DNA of 64,000 bases from Alkalispirochaeta sp. (GTDB lineage: Bacteria > Spirochaetota > Spirochaetia > DSM-27196 > Alkalispirochaetaceae): contig CBDESZ010000018.1 of NCBI GenBank assembly GCA_965242725.1, positions 192,001 through 256,000 on the forward strand, given 5' to 3'. The notes beneath the pieces were generated by a model that was given only the letters and a program-made list of their open reading frames with translations, was not told where the DNA came from and made no database searches. A program made the position numbers and the translations under genes. The stretch's first letter is position 1, and each line of letters starts with the position of its first letter. Positions 42,159 through 51,560 of the stretch are shown in pieces.

Positions 42159-42776
42159 CTAGAAGCGATACATCACCGAAAGGGTGGAAGAGAGGAAATT
42201 GCCGAACCGCGTATCCTCCGCGGGAGGGTTGGAACCTGTGTAAACCTGAGGTACCCACCACCACCGGAGATCGACGCCAAAGGCCCACTCGGTGGTGTAG
42301 TTCCAGTAAAAACCGGCGCCGGGTATGAGAATGGCGTCGGTCTTGAAATTCTCCTCAAAGCGACTGAAATTCACACCGGCGGCGATGCTCAGGGGAAACT
42401 CGAAAGGATAGGCCCGGAGAAAATAGGTGAACCGCGCGGCGAGGGGGATCATATAGAGGGTGTTGCGGTTCGGGGTGAAGGCAAACATGCCGCCAAACTC
42501 CCCGCCAACGGCCATATTGTTATTGAGAAAACTGCTCCACTGAAGATGGCCCGTTCCTCCCATCGTCAGATTGGCGTCTTCCATTCCGTCGGGTCCGCCG
42601 GTATAGAAGAGGGGAAACAGAGCTCCCAGATTGAGGGACAACACCTGATCGCCCAGGCCGTAAGTGGGCTGGAATTCCTCATTTGAGGCGTCCTGCGCGG
42701 CTACTGCACTCACCGCGATGAAAGAAAGTGCTACGACAATAACGGTGCGGAATGTATCACGAGTGAAATTCGACAA
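42159..42776 (-). CDS. Small outer-membrane beta-barrel (TP0733/OmpW-like family)
   Basis: Signal peptide, about 8 amphipathic strands, C-terminal YRF; divergent from folD as in T. pallidum; SD AAGGAG before TTG. Confidence 0.75.
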   Translation of the reverse strand: MSNFTRDTFRTVIVVALSFIAVSAVAAQDASNEEFQPTYGLGDQVLSLNLGALFPLFYTGGPDGMEDANLTMGGTGHLQWSSFLNNNMAVGGEFGGMFAFTPNRNTLYMIPLAARFTYFLRAYPFEFPLSIAAGVNFSRFEENFKTDAILIPGAGFYWNYTTEWAFGVDLRWWWVPQVYTGSNPPAEDTRFGNFLSSTLSVMYRF

Positions 42777-42800
42777 TGATCACTATCTCCTTGGCGGGCA

Positions 42801-42829
42801 ATACTATCACGCCCTTATCGGCCTGACAA
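42801..42829 (-). promoter_or_regulatory. sigma70-like promoter of the barrel-lipoprotein operon
   Basis: Minus strand TTGTCA-17-(TGa)TAGTAT. Confidence 0.65.
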
Positions 42830-42851
42830 CACGAGGAGAGTTGTGTACAAT
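42823..42851 (+). promoter_or_regulatory. sigma70-like promoter of folD (near-leaderless)
   Basis: CTGACA-17-TACAAT, 8 nt to ATG 42860. Confidence 0.6.
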
Positions 42852-42859
42852 GCCGTATC

Positions 42860-43738
42860 ATGTCCGCACAAATAATAGATGGAAAAGAAATTGCCGGAGA
42901 AATACAGAAGGAACTCGGAGGACGTATCGCCGCCCTGAAAGCCGGCAGTATCACCCCCGGCCTCGCCGTCGTCCTTGTCGGGGACAACGCCGCGAGTATC
43001 TCCTACGTAACCGCAAAGGAACGAGACTGTGAGAAGGTGGGTATACGCAGTTTTGACCACCGCCTTCCCGCATCGACGGGGGAAGACGAGCTGGTTGCCC
43101 TGGTGGATTCCCTCAACGCCAGCCCGGAGGTACACGGCATCCTCGTCCAACTGCCCCTTCCCGACCATATCGACAGCAATCGTATCCTGCAACGGATTGT
43201 CCCCGAGAAGGACGTGGACGGCTTTCATCCTCTCTCCCTGGGGAAGATGCTGACGGGACTCCCCACGCTCCTGCCGTGTACGCCACATGGCGTGATACAG
43301 ATGCTCCTCAGGAGCGGCCATGACCCGGAAGGGAAGCACGTCGTTGTGCTCGGCCGGAGCAATATCGTCGGGCGCCCCCTTGCCAACCTGCTTGCCTTGA
43401 AGAAGCGGGGCGGAAATGCAACGGTGACGGTATGCCATTCCCGGACGCCGGACATCGCCGCAATTACGCTGCAGGCGGATATTCTTATCGCCGCCATCGG
43501 CGTCGCCGCCTTTGTGAAGCCCGATATGGTGAAAGCGGGAGCAGTCGTTATCGACGTCGGTGTCAACAGGGTCGACGATCCGTCGAAAAAGCGGGGCTAT
43601 CGCCTCGTCGGTGACACCGATTATGAAGGGCTCCTCTCAAAGGTCGGTGCCATCACTCCCGTTCCTGGAGGAGTCGGTCCGATGACGCGGACGATGCTCC
43701 TCTTTAACACCGTCACCGCGGCGGAACGGAGTCAGTGA
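42860..43738 (+). CDS. folD: Methylene-THF dehydrogenase / methenyl-THF cyclohydrolase
   Basis: PGLAVVLVG, HGILVQLPLP, KDVDGFHP, PCTPHG, GRSNIVG, TPVPGGVGPMT. Confidence 0.97.
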   Translation: MSAQIIDGKEIAGEIQKELGGRIAALKAGSITPGLAVVLVGDNAASISYVTAKERDCEKVGIRSFDHRLPASTGEDELVALVDSLNASPEVHGILVQLPLPDHIDSNRILQRIVPEKDVDGFHPLSLGKMLTGLPTLLPCTPHGVIQMLLRSGHDPEGKHVVVLGRSNIVGRPLANLLALKKRGGNATVTVCHSRTPDIAAITLQADILIAAIGVAAFVKPDMVKAGAVVIDVGVNRVDDPSKKRGYRLVGDTDYEGLLSKVGAITPVPGGVGPMTRTMLLFNTVTAAERSQ

Positions 43739-43739
43739 G

Positions 43740-44441
43740 ATGGAGTTGAACCGCGTACACCGGGTGGACGGCCTCGTGCCGTGCAGGAATGCTCTGATCA
43801 GCGTAGCCGACAAGAGCGGCGTCGGTGACTTTGTCGCATCGCTCTGGGAGATCGTGCCCGACCTCACCATTTATTCCAGTGGTGGTACCTACGGGGAGAT
43901 ATTGAAAGCGGCGGAAAAAACAGGAAAAAGGGAGCAGCTCATCGAGGTTGCCCGGTATACGGGACAGCCGGAAATGCAGGGCGGTCTGGTGAAAACGCTG
44001 GATTTTCGTATCTACCTCGGAATTCTGAGCGAAACATACAACGAAGCCCATCAGACGGATCTGAAAAATCAGGACGCCGTTTCCTTTGACCTTACGGTCT
44101 GCAACTTTTATCCCTTTGAAAAGATTGCGGCGGGAACAAACGTTACCGTTGAGGATCTGCGAACCCATATCGACATTGGAGGCCCGGCGATGCTCCGCGC
44201 GTCGGCCAAGAATTTCCTCCGTGTAACCGCTCTCCACAGCCCCGCCGATTACCCCGGATTTCTTGCCGAACTGCGCGCACACGGCGGCCACACGTCACTG
44301 GAATATCGGTCCCATGCGGCAGCACAGGCATTTCAATATACCGCCCACTACGAAAACGCAATCGCCGGCGCTTTGGGAAGCTATATCAGGAGCAGTGATT
44401 TGTCGGGGGTCTACGAGATCCGGAACGGAGATGACCTGTGA
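43740..44441 (+). CDS. purH: Stand-alone IMP cyclohydrolase (PurH N-terminal domain)
   Basis: ALISVADKSG, SSGGT, VKTL, VCNFYPF, IDIGGPAMLRASAKN. Confidence 0.85.
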   Translation: MELNRVHRVDGLVPCRNALISVADKSGVGDFVASLWEIVPDLTIYSSGGTYGEILKAAEKTGKREQLIEVARYTGQPEMQGGLVKTLDFRIYLGILSETYNEAHQTDLKNQDAVSFDLTVCNFYPFEKIAAGTNVTVEDLRTHIDIGGPAMLRASAKNFLRVTALHSPADYPGFLAELRAHGGHTSLEYRSHAAAQAFQYTAHYENAIAGALGSYIRSSDLSGVYEIRNGDDL

Positions 44442-45676
44442 GTTCAATGTACCGGACCGTGCTCGGCGACTCCTTTCCGGAGGAAATGAAAATCACCTTC
44501 GGTTCCGACTCGGAGAGCCAGACCCTTGTGTACCGGAAAGTGACGTGGACGATCGGTGGTGAAGAAAAGGGGCTGCGCTACGGGGAAAACCCCGATCAGG
44601 AAGCGGCGCTCTATCGGCCGATAAACGGGAACCTTGTCCTCGGTGATGTACGACAGATTGAACCGTCACGCACCCTCGTCTCCGCTGCGGAACTCCTCCA
44701 GAGCGGCAAGCATCCGGGAAAGATAAACATCACCGACGCCGACGCGGCACTCAATATCCTTCGATATTTTTCAGATAGCCCCGCCTGCGTCATTGTGAAG
44801 CACAACAACCCCAGCGGGGTCGCACTTGGCTCCACATCCCTTGAAGCGTACCGGAAGGCGCTCATGGCCGATCGTATTGCCGCCTTCGGCGGTGCGATCG
44901 CTCTCAACCGCGAGGTTGACGGTGAAACAGCCGAAGCCATCACCTCCTATTATGCCGAACTTGTCGTCGCCCCCGAGTATTCTCCGGCGGCGCTCGCCAC
45001 TTTTGCAAAGAAAAAGAACCTGCGTATTCTGAAAATCGATGCGATGGACCACCTGGAAACGTACGTGGGGGAACGGTTTGTCGATTTCAAGAGCCTCATG
45101 GACGGCGGAATTGTCGCTCAATGGTCCTTTGTACCCCGGATTCTCGACGACGATGCCCTCGTACCGGCGCGGTCAACCAGGGACGGACGTGAGTATGTTG
45201 TGCACCGGGCACCGACGGAACGGGAGAAATCGGATATGCGATTCGGATGGCTTGTGGAAAGCGGCGTGACAAGTAATTCCGTTATCTATGTGAAGGACGC
45301 TGCGACGGTCGCCATCGGTACGGGTGAACAGGACCGCGTCGGTGTGGCCCGGATTGCCCGGGACAAGGCGTACTGGAAAACCGCAGACCGTATCGCCTAT
45401 ACTGCAACGGGGAGAGGTATTGAAGAAATATCCGATGCGGAAGAGAGAAATACCTACATCGCAGCGGCCGGAACGGAGAAGGGTGGCCTGACGGGGGCCG
45501 TCATGATATCGGATGCCTTTTTCCCCTTTCCCGACGGCGCTGAAGTCGGACTGAATGAAGGTGTTACGGCGATACTGCAGCCGGGCGGTGCGTTGCGTGA
45601 TCACGCCGTCATCGAGTCGGTAAATACCTTCGGTGCGACAATGTGTTTCACCGGTCAACGAAGTTTTCGTCATTGA
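44438..45676 (+). CDS. purH: Stand-alone AICAR transformylase (PurH C-terminal domain)
   Basis: LRYGENPDQ, IVKHNNP, AFGGAIA, SNSVI, SDAFFPFPDG, QPGG, TGQRSFRH. Confidence 0.88.
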   Translation: MSSMYRTVLGDSFPEEMKITFGSDSESQTLVYRKVTWTIGGEEKGLRYGENPDQEAALYRPINGNLVLGDVRQIEPSRTLVSAAELLQSGKHPGKINITDADAALNILRYFSDSPACVIVKHNNPSGVALGSTSLEAYRKALMADRIAAFGGAIALNREVDGETAEAITSYYAELVVAPEYSPAALATFAKKKNLRILKIDAMDHLETYVGERFVDFKSLMDGGIVAQWSFVPRILDDDALVPARSTRDGREYVVHRAPTEREKSDMRFGWLVESGVTSNSVIYVKDAATVAIGTGEQDRVGVARIARDKAYWKTADRIAYTATGRGIEEISDAEERNTYIAAAGTEKGGLTGAVMISDAFFPFPDGAEVGLNEGVTAILQPGGALRDHAVIESVNTFGATMCFTGQRSFRH

Positions 45677-45685
45677 GGAGGCACT

Positions 45686-46018
45686 ATGCCCTGGAAACTG
45701 ATATTTTACCTTGTCATCGTCGGTCTGATCCTCGTCTTTATCGGATTGAATCTGGGAAACACAACCGATATTTCTCTCGGTTTTCACGAGTTCACCGATG
45801 TGCCCGTCTTCATGGGACTTTTCGTGGCGTTCTTTTTCGGAGTTGCCGTAACGATACCGGTCGCCGTCCAGTCTTCTTCCCGGAAAACGAGAGCGCGCTC
45901 CGATCGAAAAATGGAGCGGGAAGAACAGCGCCGGCTGAAGCAGGAAGCCAAAGAGGCAAAGAAGGCGGACAAGAAAGCGCTCAAGGCGTCCAGTGCACGG
46001 GATTTTCCGATAGAATGA
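45686..46018 (+). CDS. LapA-like (DUF1049) small membrane protein
   Basis: Two TM helices, FIGLN..ISLGF..DVP, charged tail; SD GAGGAGG. Confidence 0.7.
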   Translation: MPWKLIFYLVIVGLILVFIGLNLGNTTDISLGFHEFTDVPVFMGLFVAFFFGVAVTIPVAVQSSSRKTRARSDRKMEREEQRRLKQEAKEAKKADKKALKASSARDFPIE

Positions 46019-47202
46019 AGCGTTCCGTCTCACCGTTGAGAGCAATTACCGCGGTAATTCTGTTCACCGTGAGTACAACTATGGGCGGTCTCGTCGCCCA
46101 AAGTGCGGCGGACCTCGATCAGGCGATCGGATCACCTGCATTTTCCTCGGTCGTGGAGAAAGCCCTGCTCGATGCTTCCTCCCTCGAAGAGATCGATATA
46201 CTTGTCTCCGACTACATTCCCCGCGTTTCAACGTACGATGAGCGTGTTGCTCTGCTGTTGGAGGCGGCGGCGCAGTACGAGCTCGCCCAGAGATACGACA
46301 AGGCGAAGCACGCATACCTTCAGGCGCGCCATTTACAGCCCCGGAACGGAGAAATCGCGCTCCGACTCGGAACAGTTCTCATAGAAGAGGGGAGCCTCCA
46401 GGAAAGCATTATCATTTTTACAAACGCCCTTCACGCGGCGGAGACGCGCTCCCTCCAGCGCCGCGCCGCAATCCTTCGCGCCCGGGCATACTATCTGTCT
46501 GGAAATGCGGATCAGGCGCTCATTCATCTCAGGTCACTCGCGGGGCTTCAGGGGGAAATGCATCCGGCTCTGGCCGATCTCGTGGAGGTGGATGTATACG
46601 CCCTGCTCGCGGAAATCGCATCGGACCGTGATATGGACGAACTGTATAGACAGGCGGCGACTCATCTCCGGGAGCTCTTTCCCGATGCTCCGGAAACGAT
46701 GCTCCTCTCCGCTCTGGAAGAAACCGACACATCCGATGAACGGCCTTCCCGGGTCGTCTATTATCCAAGTCCGTCCCGTATCGCGTCCGGCGGAATGACA
46801 AGGACGGGCACACCGGTCCGGGAATCTTCTCTGCCCTCGTCAACAATGAGCAGCACCGAATCCGGTGCAGCCACGTCCGCAGGTGATATGACGCGCCGGG
46901 ACGGTACGGGCAACGCGTCTCCACCGTCGGGGGACGCGACGCCGGCACGGACAACGGAAAGGGGAAACACCCAGCGTCCTTCGGGCATCCAGACCGGCAG
47001 CTTCCGTGATCCAGAGAACGCCCGATATATGGCTCGGGATATAGAAGGATACGGATTTGACGTAACCGTCAAAGAAGTGACAATAAGCGGAAACACCTAT
47101 TACCGGGTTGTAGTGCCCCTTGCGGCGGACTCAACCAATCAACAGGAGACGATTATCGCGCTGAAAGAGCGGGGCGTCGAAGGATTTCTCGTCTTTGAAT
47201 AG
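46015..47202 (+). CDS. Exported TPR + SPOR domain protein
   Basis: Signal-like N-terminus from ATG 46015, TPRs, S/T-rich linker, IQTGSFRDPENA..YYRVVV SPOR domain. Confidence 0.8.
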   Translation: MKRSVSPLRAITAVILFTVSTTMGGLVAQSAADLDQAIGSPAFSSVVEKALLDASSLEEIDILVSDYIPRVSTYDERVALLLEAAAQYELAQRYDKAKHAYLQARHLQPRNGEIALRLGTVLIEEGSLQESIIIFTNALHAAETRSLQRRAAILRARAYYLSGNADQALIHLRSLAGLQGEMHPALADLVEVDVYALLAEIASDRDMDELYRQAATHLRELFPDAPETMLLSALEETDTSDERPSRVVYYPSPSRIASGGMTRTGTPVRESSLPSSTMSSTESGAATSAGDMTRRDGTGNASPPSGDATPARTTERGNTQRPSGIQTGSFRDPENARYMARDIEGYGFDVTVKEVTISGNTYYRVVVPLAADSTNQQETIIALKERGVEGFLVFE

Positions 47203-47231
47203 GTGCGTAGTCAGACGGCCGGTGACACGCG

Positions 47232-48776
47232 CTATTCACCGCTGTCTTCCGTTACCTGTTCAAGGATAAAGTCCTGGCCCCCGCGACTTTCAATACCGTC
47301 TACGGTAATGCGTATCGGTTCAAGGGTCAGACGGTGGATGCTGCCGCCTTCCGTTCGCTGTTCCTGATAGTCCGCGGTAAATTGCAGGCCGAAGCTGTCC
47401 CCGTCATTCACCGAAATTTCCGCAGGGGCGACATTGTATGAAAGGATCTTCAGTTCGAGTATCGCCTCACCGTCGATTTGTACGACGTTATATCCGCCGC
47501 TCCAGTCATATCCGCCGCTGCGAAAATGAAAGAAGGGTCGGCTGAAAACCATTTCGACGCCGCTCTCATTTCCATAGACGCCGTCGAGAACGAAGGACGG
47601 TGTCTCCAGATCGTATCGACGCAGTATTCCCGACTGTATTCCCGCCGTCATTCTCTGATAATTGCCGTTCCAGTATTCAACGCCCTCTACGGCGATTCTC
47701 AGTGTGTCGGCGGCGACAACGGTAATGGACAGCTGTCGCCGTACGGTGGTCAACACATTGTTGCGAACATTGATCCACAATCCCGGACCGGAGGCATACA
47801 GCGTCTTGTAGGAATTCAGCCACTCGTATCGCTCCTGTCGATCGTCGTGAAAGAGGACGATTTCCCGTTCTTCAGTATCGAAATAGGCAAGCTCGATCCC
47901 GCCGCCGAGATCCTCTCCCCTGGACCTGAACCACGGGCCGTGAATGTACGTTTCAAACTCCTCCGCTTCGGCGTCATAGAGATTGCGAAGCTGTTCTTCT
48001 TCGATCTGCACCGCCGGAATGTCCTCTACGGCGGATTGCACGTACCGTCGCTCCGCGACGTTCCAGCTCCATCGGGTACGTATGAGATCAAGGGGTGTGT
48101 CGGTCTCGAGGTTCTGGCGGTACACGTCGATCGGGAAACTGACACCGTCGCTTTGCAGCGTTCGATAGGCATCACCCCGGGGGCGACTGTCGATTTCGAT
48201 ACTTCCGTCTGTTGCGACTGAAAATACGCTGCGGTAGCCCAATCCGAGAACTTCGCCTGTATTTTCATCACTGCGTCTGAAGACATCCATCGTCTGCCGT
48301 CCCTGCTGATCGGTACCGACCGCTACAATTTCGTCGATATGATCACCTACAAGATCACTTGTGGAAACGGAAAAGGTGCGCACGTTTGTGGCCAGCGTTT
48401 CTCCCTCCCAGGTTATGCGATAGGTGCTTCTCAGGGTATCGAAATCCGCCACCAGGAGGCGCACCCGGTCGGTTGGGTCGTCCCGCCGCTTGATCACGAC
48501 GATCTGTTCATCCGGCTCATCGAGATCCAGATTGACATCGTTCGCGGAAATAAAGAGAACATCCTCGGGCAGCTCAACCCGGGGATTGATCTCCTCTTCA
48601 TCGGTCTGGATGGCGAGACTCCCCGATTCCTGCTGGGCAAGTACGATGCCTTCCGATGCCTCCGGTACGATATGACGTCCCCGGTCCGAAGAAGGAGCGG
48701 TGGGCGGGTCCTCACATCCGATGAATAGTATCAATAACGCTGTTGCGGCGACTCCCGCGATTCCATATCGACTCAT
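47232..48776 (-). CDS. Lipoprotein resembling the spirochaete pallilysin-related adhesin family
   Basis: Start at ATG 48776 (MSRYGIAG..LFIGC lipobox); FG-GAP-like NLDLDEPDEQIV and DLVGDHIDEIV; no HEXXH seen. Family call from recall only. Confidence 0.55.
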   Translation of the reverse strand: MSRYGIAGVAATALLILFIGCEDPPTAPSSDRGRHIVPEASEGIVLAQQESGSLAIQTDEEEINPRVELPEDVLFISANDVNLDLDEPDEQIVVIKRRDDPTDRVRLLVADFDTLRSTYRITWEGETLATNVRTFSVSTSDLVGDHIDEIVAVGTDQQGRQTMDVFRRSDENTGEVLGLGYRSVFSVATDGSIEIDSRPRGDAYRTLQSDGVSFPIDVYRQNLETDTPLDLIRTRWSWNVAERRYVQSAVEDIPAVQIEEEQLRNLYDAEAEEFETYIHGPWFRSRGEDLGGGIELAYFDTEEREIVLFHDDRQERYEWLNSYKTLYASGPGLWINVRNNVLTTVRRQLSITVVAADTLRIAVEGVEYWNGNYQRMTAGIQSGILRRYDLETPSFVLDGVYGNESGVEMVFSRPFFHFRSGGYDWSGGYNVVQIDGEAILELKILSYNVAPAEISVNDGDSFGLQFTADYQEQRTEGGSIHRLTLEPIRITVDGIESRGGQDFILEQVTEDSGE

Positions 48777-48830
48777 CGTCGGCAGTATGCCATATTCGTA
48801 CCGGGGACAACAGTCCATCCTCAACTTCCG

Positions 48831-48859
48831 TGGACAACGGTGCCTTTTTTCGGCATGAT
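48831..48859 (+). promoter_or_regulatory. Possible leaderless promoter of guaB
   Basis: TGGACA-17-CATGAT, 5 nt to ATG 48865; no SD. Confidence 0.45.
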
Positions 48860-48864
48860 GGTGT

Positions 48865-50316
48865 ATGGACACCACACAATTTTCCGAAAAATACAGCTAC
48901 GATGACGTTCTGCTGCAGCCGGGATACGCGGACTTTCTTCCCGGACAGACCGATCTCACCGTCGCCTTGACTCCCCGATTAAAATTGAACGTTCCCATTC
49001 TATCGGCAGCCATGGACACCGTTACGGAGGAGGAACTGGCGACGGCACTGGCGCTGGAGGGCGGCGCCGGGGTGATTCACCGCAACATGTCCCCTGAAGA
49101 ACAGGCGGGGCAGGTGCGCTCGGTGAAACGCCATTTGAACTGGATCATCGAAGAGCCCTATACCGTCGGCCCCCAGCAGACGATCGGCACCGTCCGGGCT
49201 CTCGTCGCAGACCACGGAATTTCCGGCCTTCCCGTTGTCGACGATGATCACCGCGTCATCGGCATCATCACCAGCCGGGATCTCCGCTTTGCACCACGGG
49301 ACGATGAAAAAGTCGAGAATGTGATGACCTCGCAACCGATTGTAGAAGTCGGAATCCCGTCATTGGAAAGCGCCCAGAAGAAGTTCAACCAGTACAAAAT
49401 CGAAAAACTGCCGGTAGTGGATGAAGAAGGTCATTTGACCGGGCTCATTACGGTCAAGGACATGGAAAAACATAACCGCTTTCCCCATGCCGCCACCGAC
49501 GAAGCGGGGCGACTCCTCGTTGGCGCCGCCGTTGCACCCGTCGATATCGGTACGCGAATCGACCTCCTTGTCGAGGCGCGCGTCGATTTTGTCGTTGTCG
49601 ACACCGCCCATGGCGATTCAGCCAACGTCGTCGGGGCAATACGGGCGATCAAGAAAAAATACCCCGAACTGACGGTGATAGGCGGGAACGTCGCCACCGC
49701 GGAAGGTACGGAACGGCTGATCGGTGCGGGCGCGGATATCGTCAAAGTCGGAGTCGGTCCCGGTTCCATCTGTACTACCCGCATCGTCGCCGGCATCGGG
49801 GTGCCACAGCTTTCTGCCGTCATGGATGCCGTCGCGGTCGCCAGAAGGCACGATGTTCCCGTAATTGCCGACGGCGGTATAAAGTTCTCGGGGGATATCA
49901 CCAAGGCGCTCGCCGCCGGAGCTCACGCCGTCATGGTGGGTAGTCTCTTTGCGGGACTGAAAGAGGCACCGGGTAAAGAGTTCCTCTATGAAGGGCGTAT
50001 TTTCAAATCCTACCGTGGAATGGGATCGGAAGCGGCGATGAAACGGGGCGGCGGCGACCGGTACAATGTCGCCGAAGGAGAGGAACCCGTCCCGGAAGGA
50101 GTGGAAGGCCGCGTCCCCTACAAGGGAGAATTGCGCCCCTATCTGCATCAGCTCATGACGGGATTGCGCAAAGGCATGGGATATTGCGGCACGAGGACAC
50201 TCAATCATTTGCGGGAGTATGGAAACTTCGTTAAGATTACCGCCGCCGGCTTACAGGAAAGTCACGTCCATGACGTTGCAATGGTCCGTCAGCCGACAAA
50301 TTACTCACGAGGGTAA
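48865..50316 (+). CDS. guaB: IMP dehydrogenase (with CBS pair)
   Basis: [43 protein letters not shown]. Confidence 0.97.
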   Translation: MDTTQFSEKYSYDDVLLQPGYADFLPGQTDLTVALTPRLKLNVPILSAAMDTVTEEELATALALEGGAGVIHRNMSPEEQAGQVRSVKRHLNWIIEEPYTVGPQQTIGTVRALVADHGISGLPVVDDDHRVIGIITSRDLRFAPRDDEKVENVMTSQPIVEVGIPSLESAQKKFNQYKIEKLPVVDEEGHLTGLITVKDMEKHNRFPHAATDEAGRLLVGAAVAPVDIGTRIDLLVEARVDFVVVDTAHGDSANVVGAIRAIKKKYPELTVIGGNVATAEGTERLIGAGADIVKVGVGPGSICTTRIVAGIGVPQLSAVMDAVAVARRHDVPVIADGGIKFSGDITKALAAGAHAVMVGSLFAGLKEAPGKEFLYEGRIFKSYRGMGSEAAMKRGGGDRYNVAEGEEPVPEGVEGRVPYKGELRPYLHQLMTGLRKGMGYCGTRTLNHLREYGNFVKITAAGLQESHVHDVAMVRQPTNYSRG

Positions 50317-50321
50317 CGCTC

Positions 50322-51560
50322 TTGAATGTTGTGGTAATCGGCGCCCAATGGGGCGATGAAGGTAAGGGAAAAATCGTTGACTATCTCTCCGGTGAGACCG
50401 ACCTGGTCGTACGCTATTCAGGAGGGGCAAATGCGGGACACACAATCGTCGACGGCGACCGTACGTACAAACTGCATCTTGTCCCGTCGGGAATCATATA
50501 CCCGAATACGACGGTCATACTCGGCAGCGGAATGGTGATAGATCCGGATGCGCTCTTCACGGAACTGGAGGAGTTGAACGACGTCGGCATATCCTGGCGG
50601 GATCGTGTTCTCATTTCAGACCGGGCCCATCTGGTTCTTCCGAGCCACAGGGGTGAAGACATTTCAAGGGATATGCGTCGCTCTCAACCGATCGGAACGA
50701 CCGGACGCGGCATCGGCGTCGCCTATGCACACAAGGCGCTTCGAGACGGAATCCGGATCGCCGATCTTGAATGGCCGGAGCATCTGGAAGAACTCGGTGA
50801 CGACGACAGAGCATTTCTTGAGCGACATTCCGAGGCGCTCCTGGAGATGTCCGTCGATATCGCGGCATACCTTCATCCCCCCGGCGGAGAGACGGAACGA
50901 CAGCGCGTGCTCTTTGAAGGGGCACAGGGAGTCCTCCTCGACATTGACATCGGTACATACCCCTTCGTGTCGAGCGGATCGTCGGCGGCGGCGGGCGCCG
51001 CGACGGGCGGCGGTATCGGACCGCGGGACATCGACCACGTCCTTGGGGTATTCAAGGCCTACAGCACCCGCGTCGGTAACGGACCCTTTCCAAGCGAATT
51101 CGACTCAGACAGCAACGGGGAACTTGAAGAATACATACGGGAGACCGGTCGGGAGTACGGTGTCACCACCGGGCGCCCCCGTCGGGTGGGATATCTTGAT
51201 CTCGTTGCACTGCGATACGCGTGCCAGACCAACAGCATAGACAGCCTCGCACTCACACATCTTGACGTATATGACGAGCTTGAAGAGGTCCGGCTGTGCG
51301 TCGCCTACGAGAGCGATGAGGGAACCCTCGACTACTTCCCCGCTTCAATCCCGCAGCTCGAGCAGGCGCACCCGGTAACTCGACGTTTTCCCGGGTGGCG
51401 TTCACCACTTGGTTCATGCACCTCCTATGAAGAACTCCCGGAAAACGCCCGTCGCTATATCGAGTTCATCGAGGAATACCTTGGTGTGCCTGTCAGCATC
51501 GTTTCCACGGGGTATCAGAGAGATCAGACGATTGTACGACGTTCGATCTGGGGCGCATGA
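50322..51560 (+). CDS. purA: Adenylosuccinate synthetase
   Basis: QWGDEGKGK, GGANAGHT, EGAQG..GTYPFV, TRVGNGPFP, EYGVTTGRPRR. Confidence 0.97.
   Translation: MNVVVIGAQWGDEGKGKIVDYLSGETDLVVRYSGGANAGHTIVDGDRTYKLHLVPSGIIYPNTTVILGSGMVIDPDALFTELEELNDVGISWRDRVLISDRAHLVLPSHRGEDISRDMRRSQPIGTTGRGIGVAYAHKALRDGIRIADLEWPEHLEELGDDDRAFLERHSEALLEMSVDIAAYLHPPGGETERQRVLFEGAQGVLLDIDIGTYPFVSSGSSAAAGAATGGGIGPRDIDHVLGVFKAYSTRVGNGPFPSEFDSDSNGELEEYIRETGREYGVTTGRPRRVGYLDLVALRYACQTNSIDSLALTHLDVYDELEEVRLCVAYESDEGTLDYFPASIPQLEQAHPVTRRFPGWRSPLGSCTSYEELPENARRYIEFIEEYLGVPVSIVSTGYQRDQTIVRRSIWGA

Noticed and set aside
42777..42859. ZTP or THF riboswitch upstream of folD-purH
   Set aside because: The 83-bp spacer is filled by two promoters and an SD; no room for an aptamer.
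48777..48864. Purine riboswitch upstream of guaB
   Set aside because: 88-bp divergent spacer with promoter-like boxes next to both starts; no aptamer or attenuator seen.
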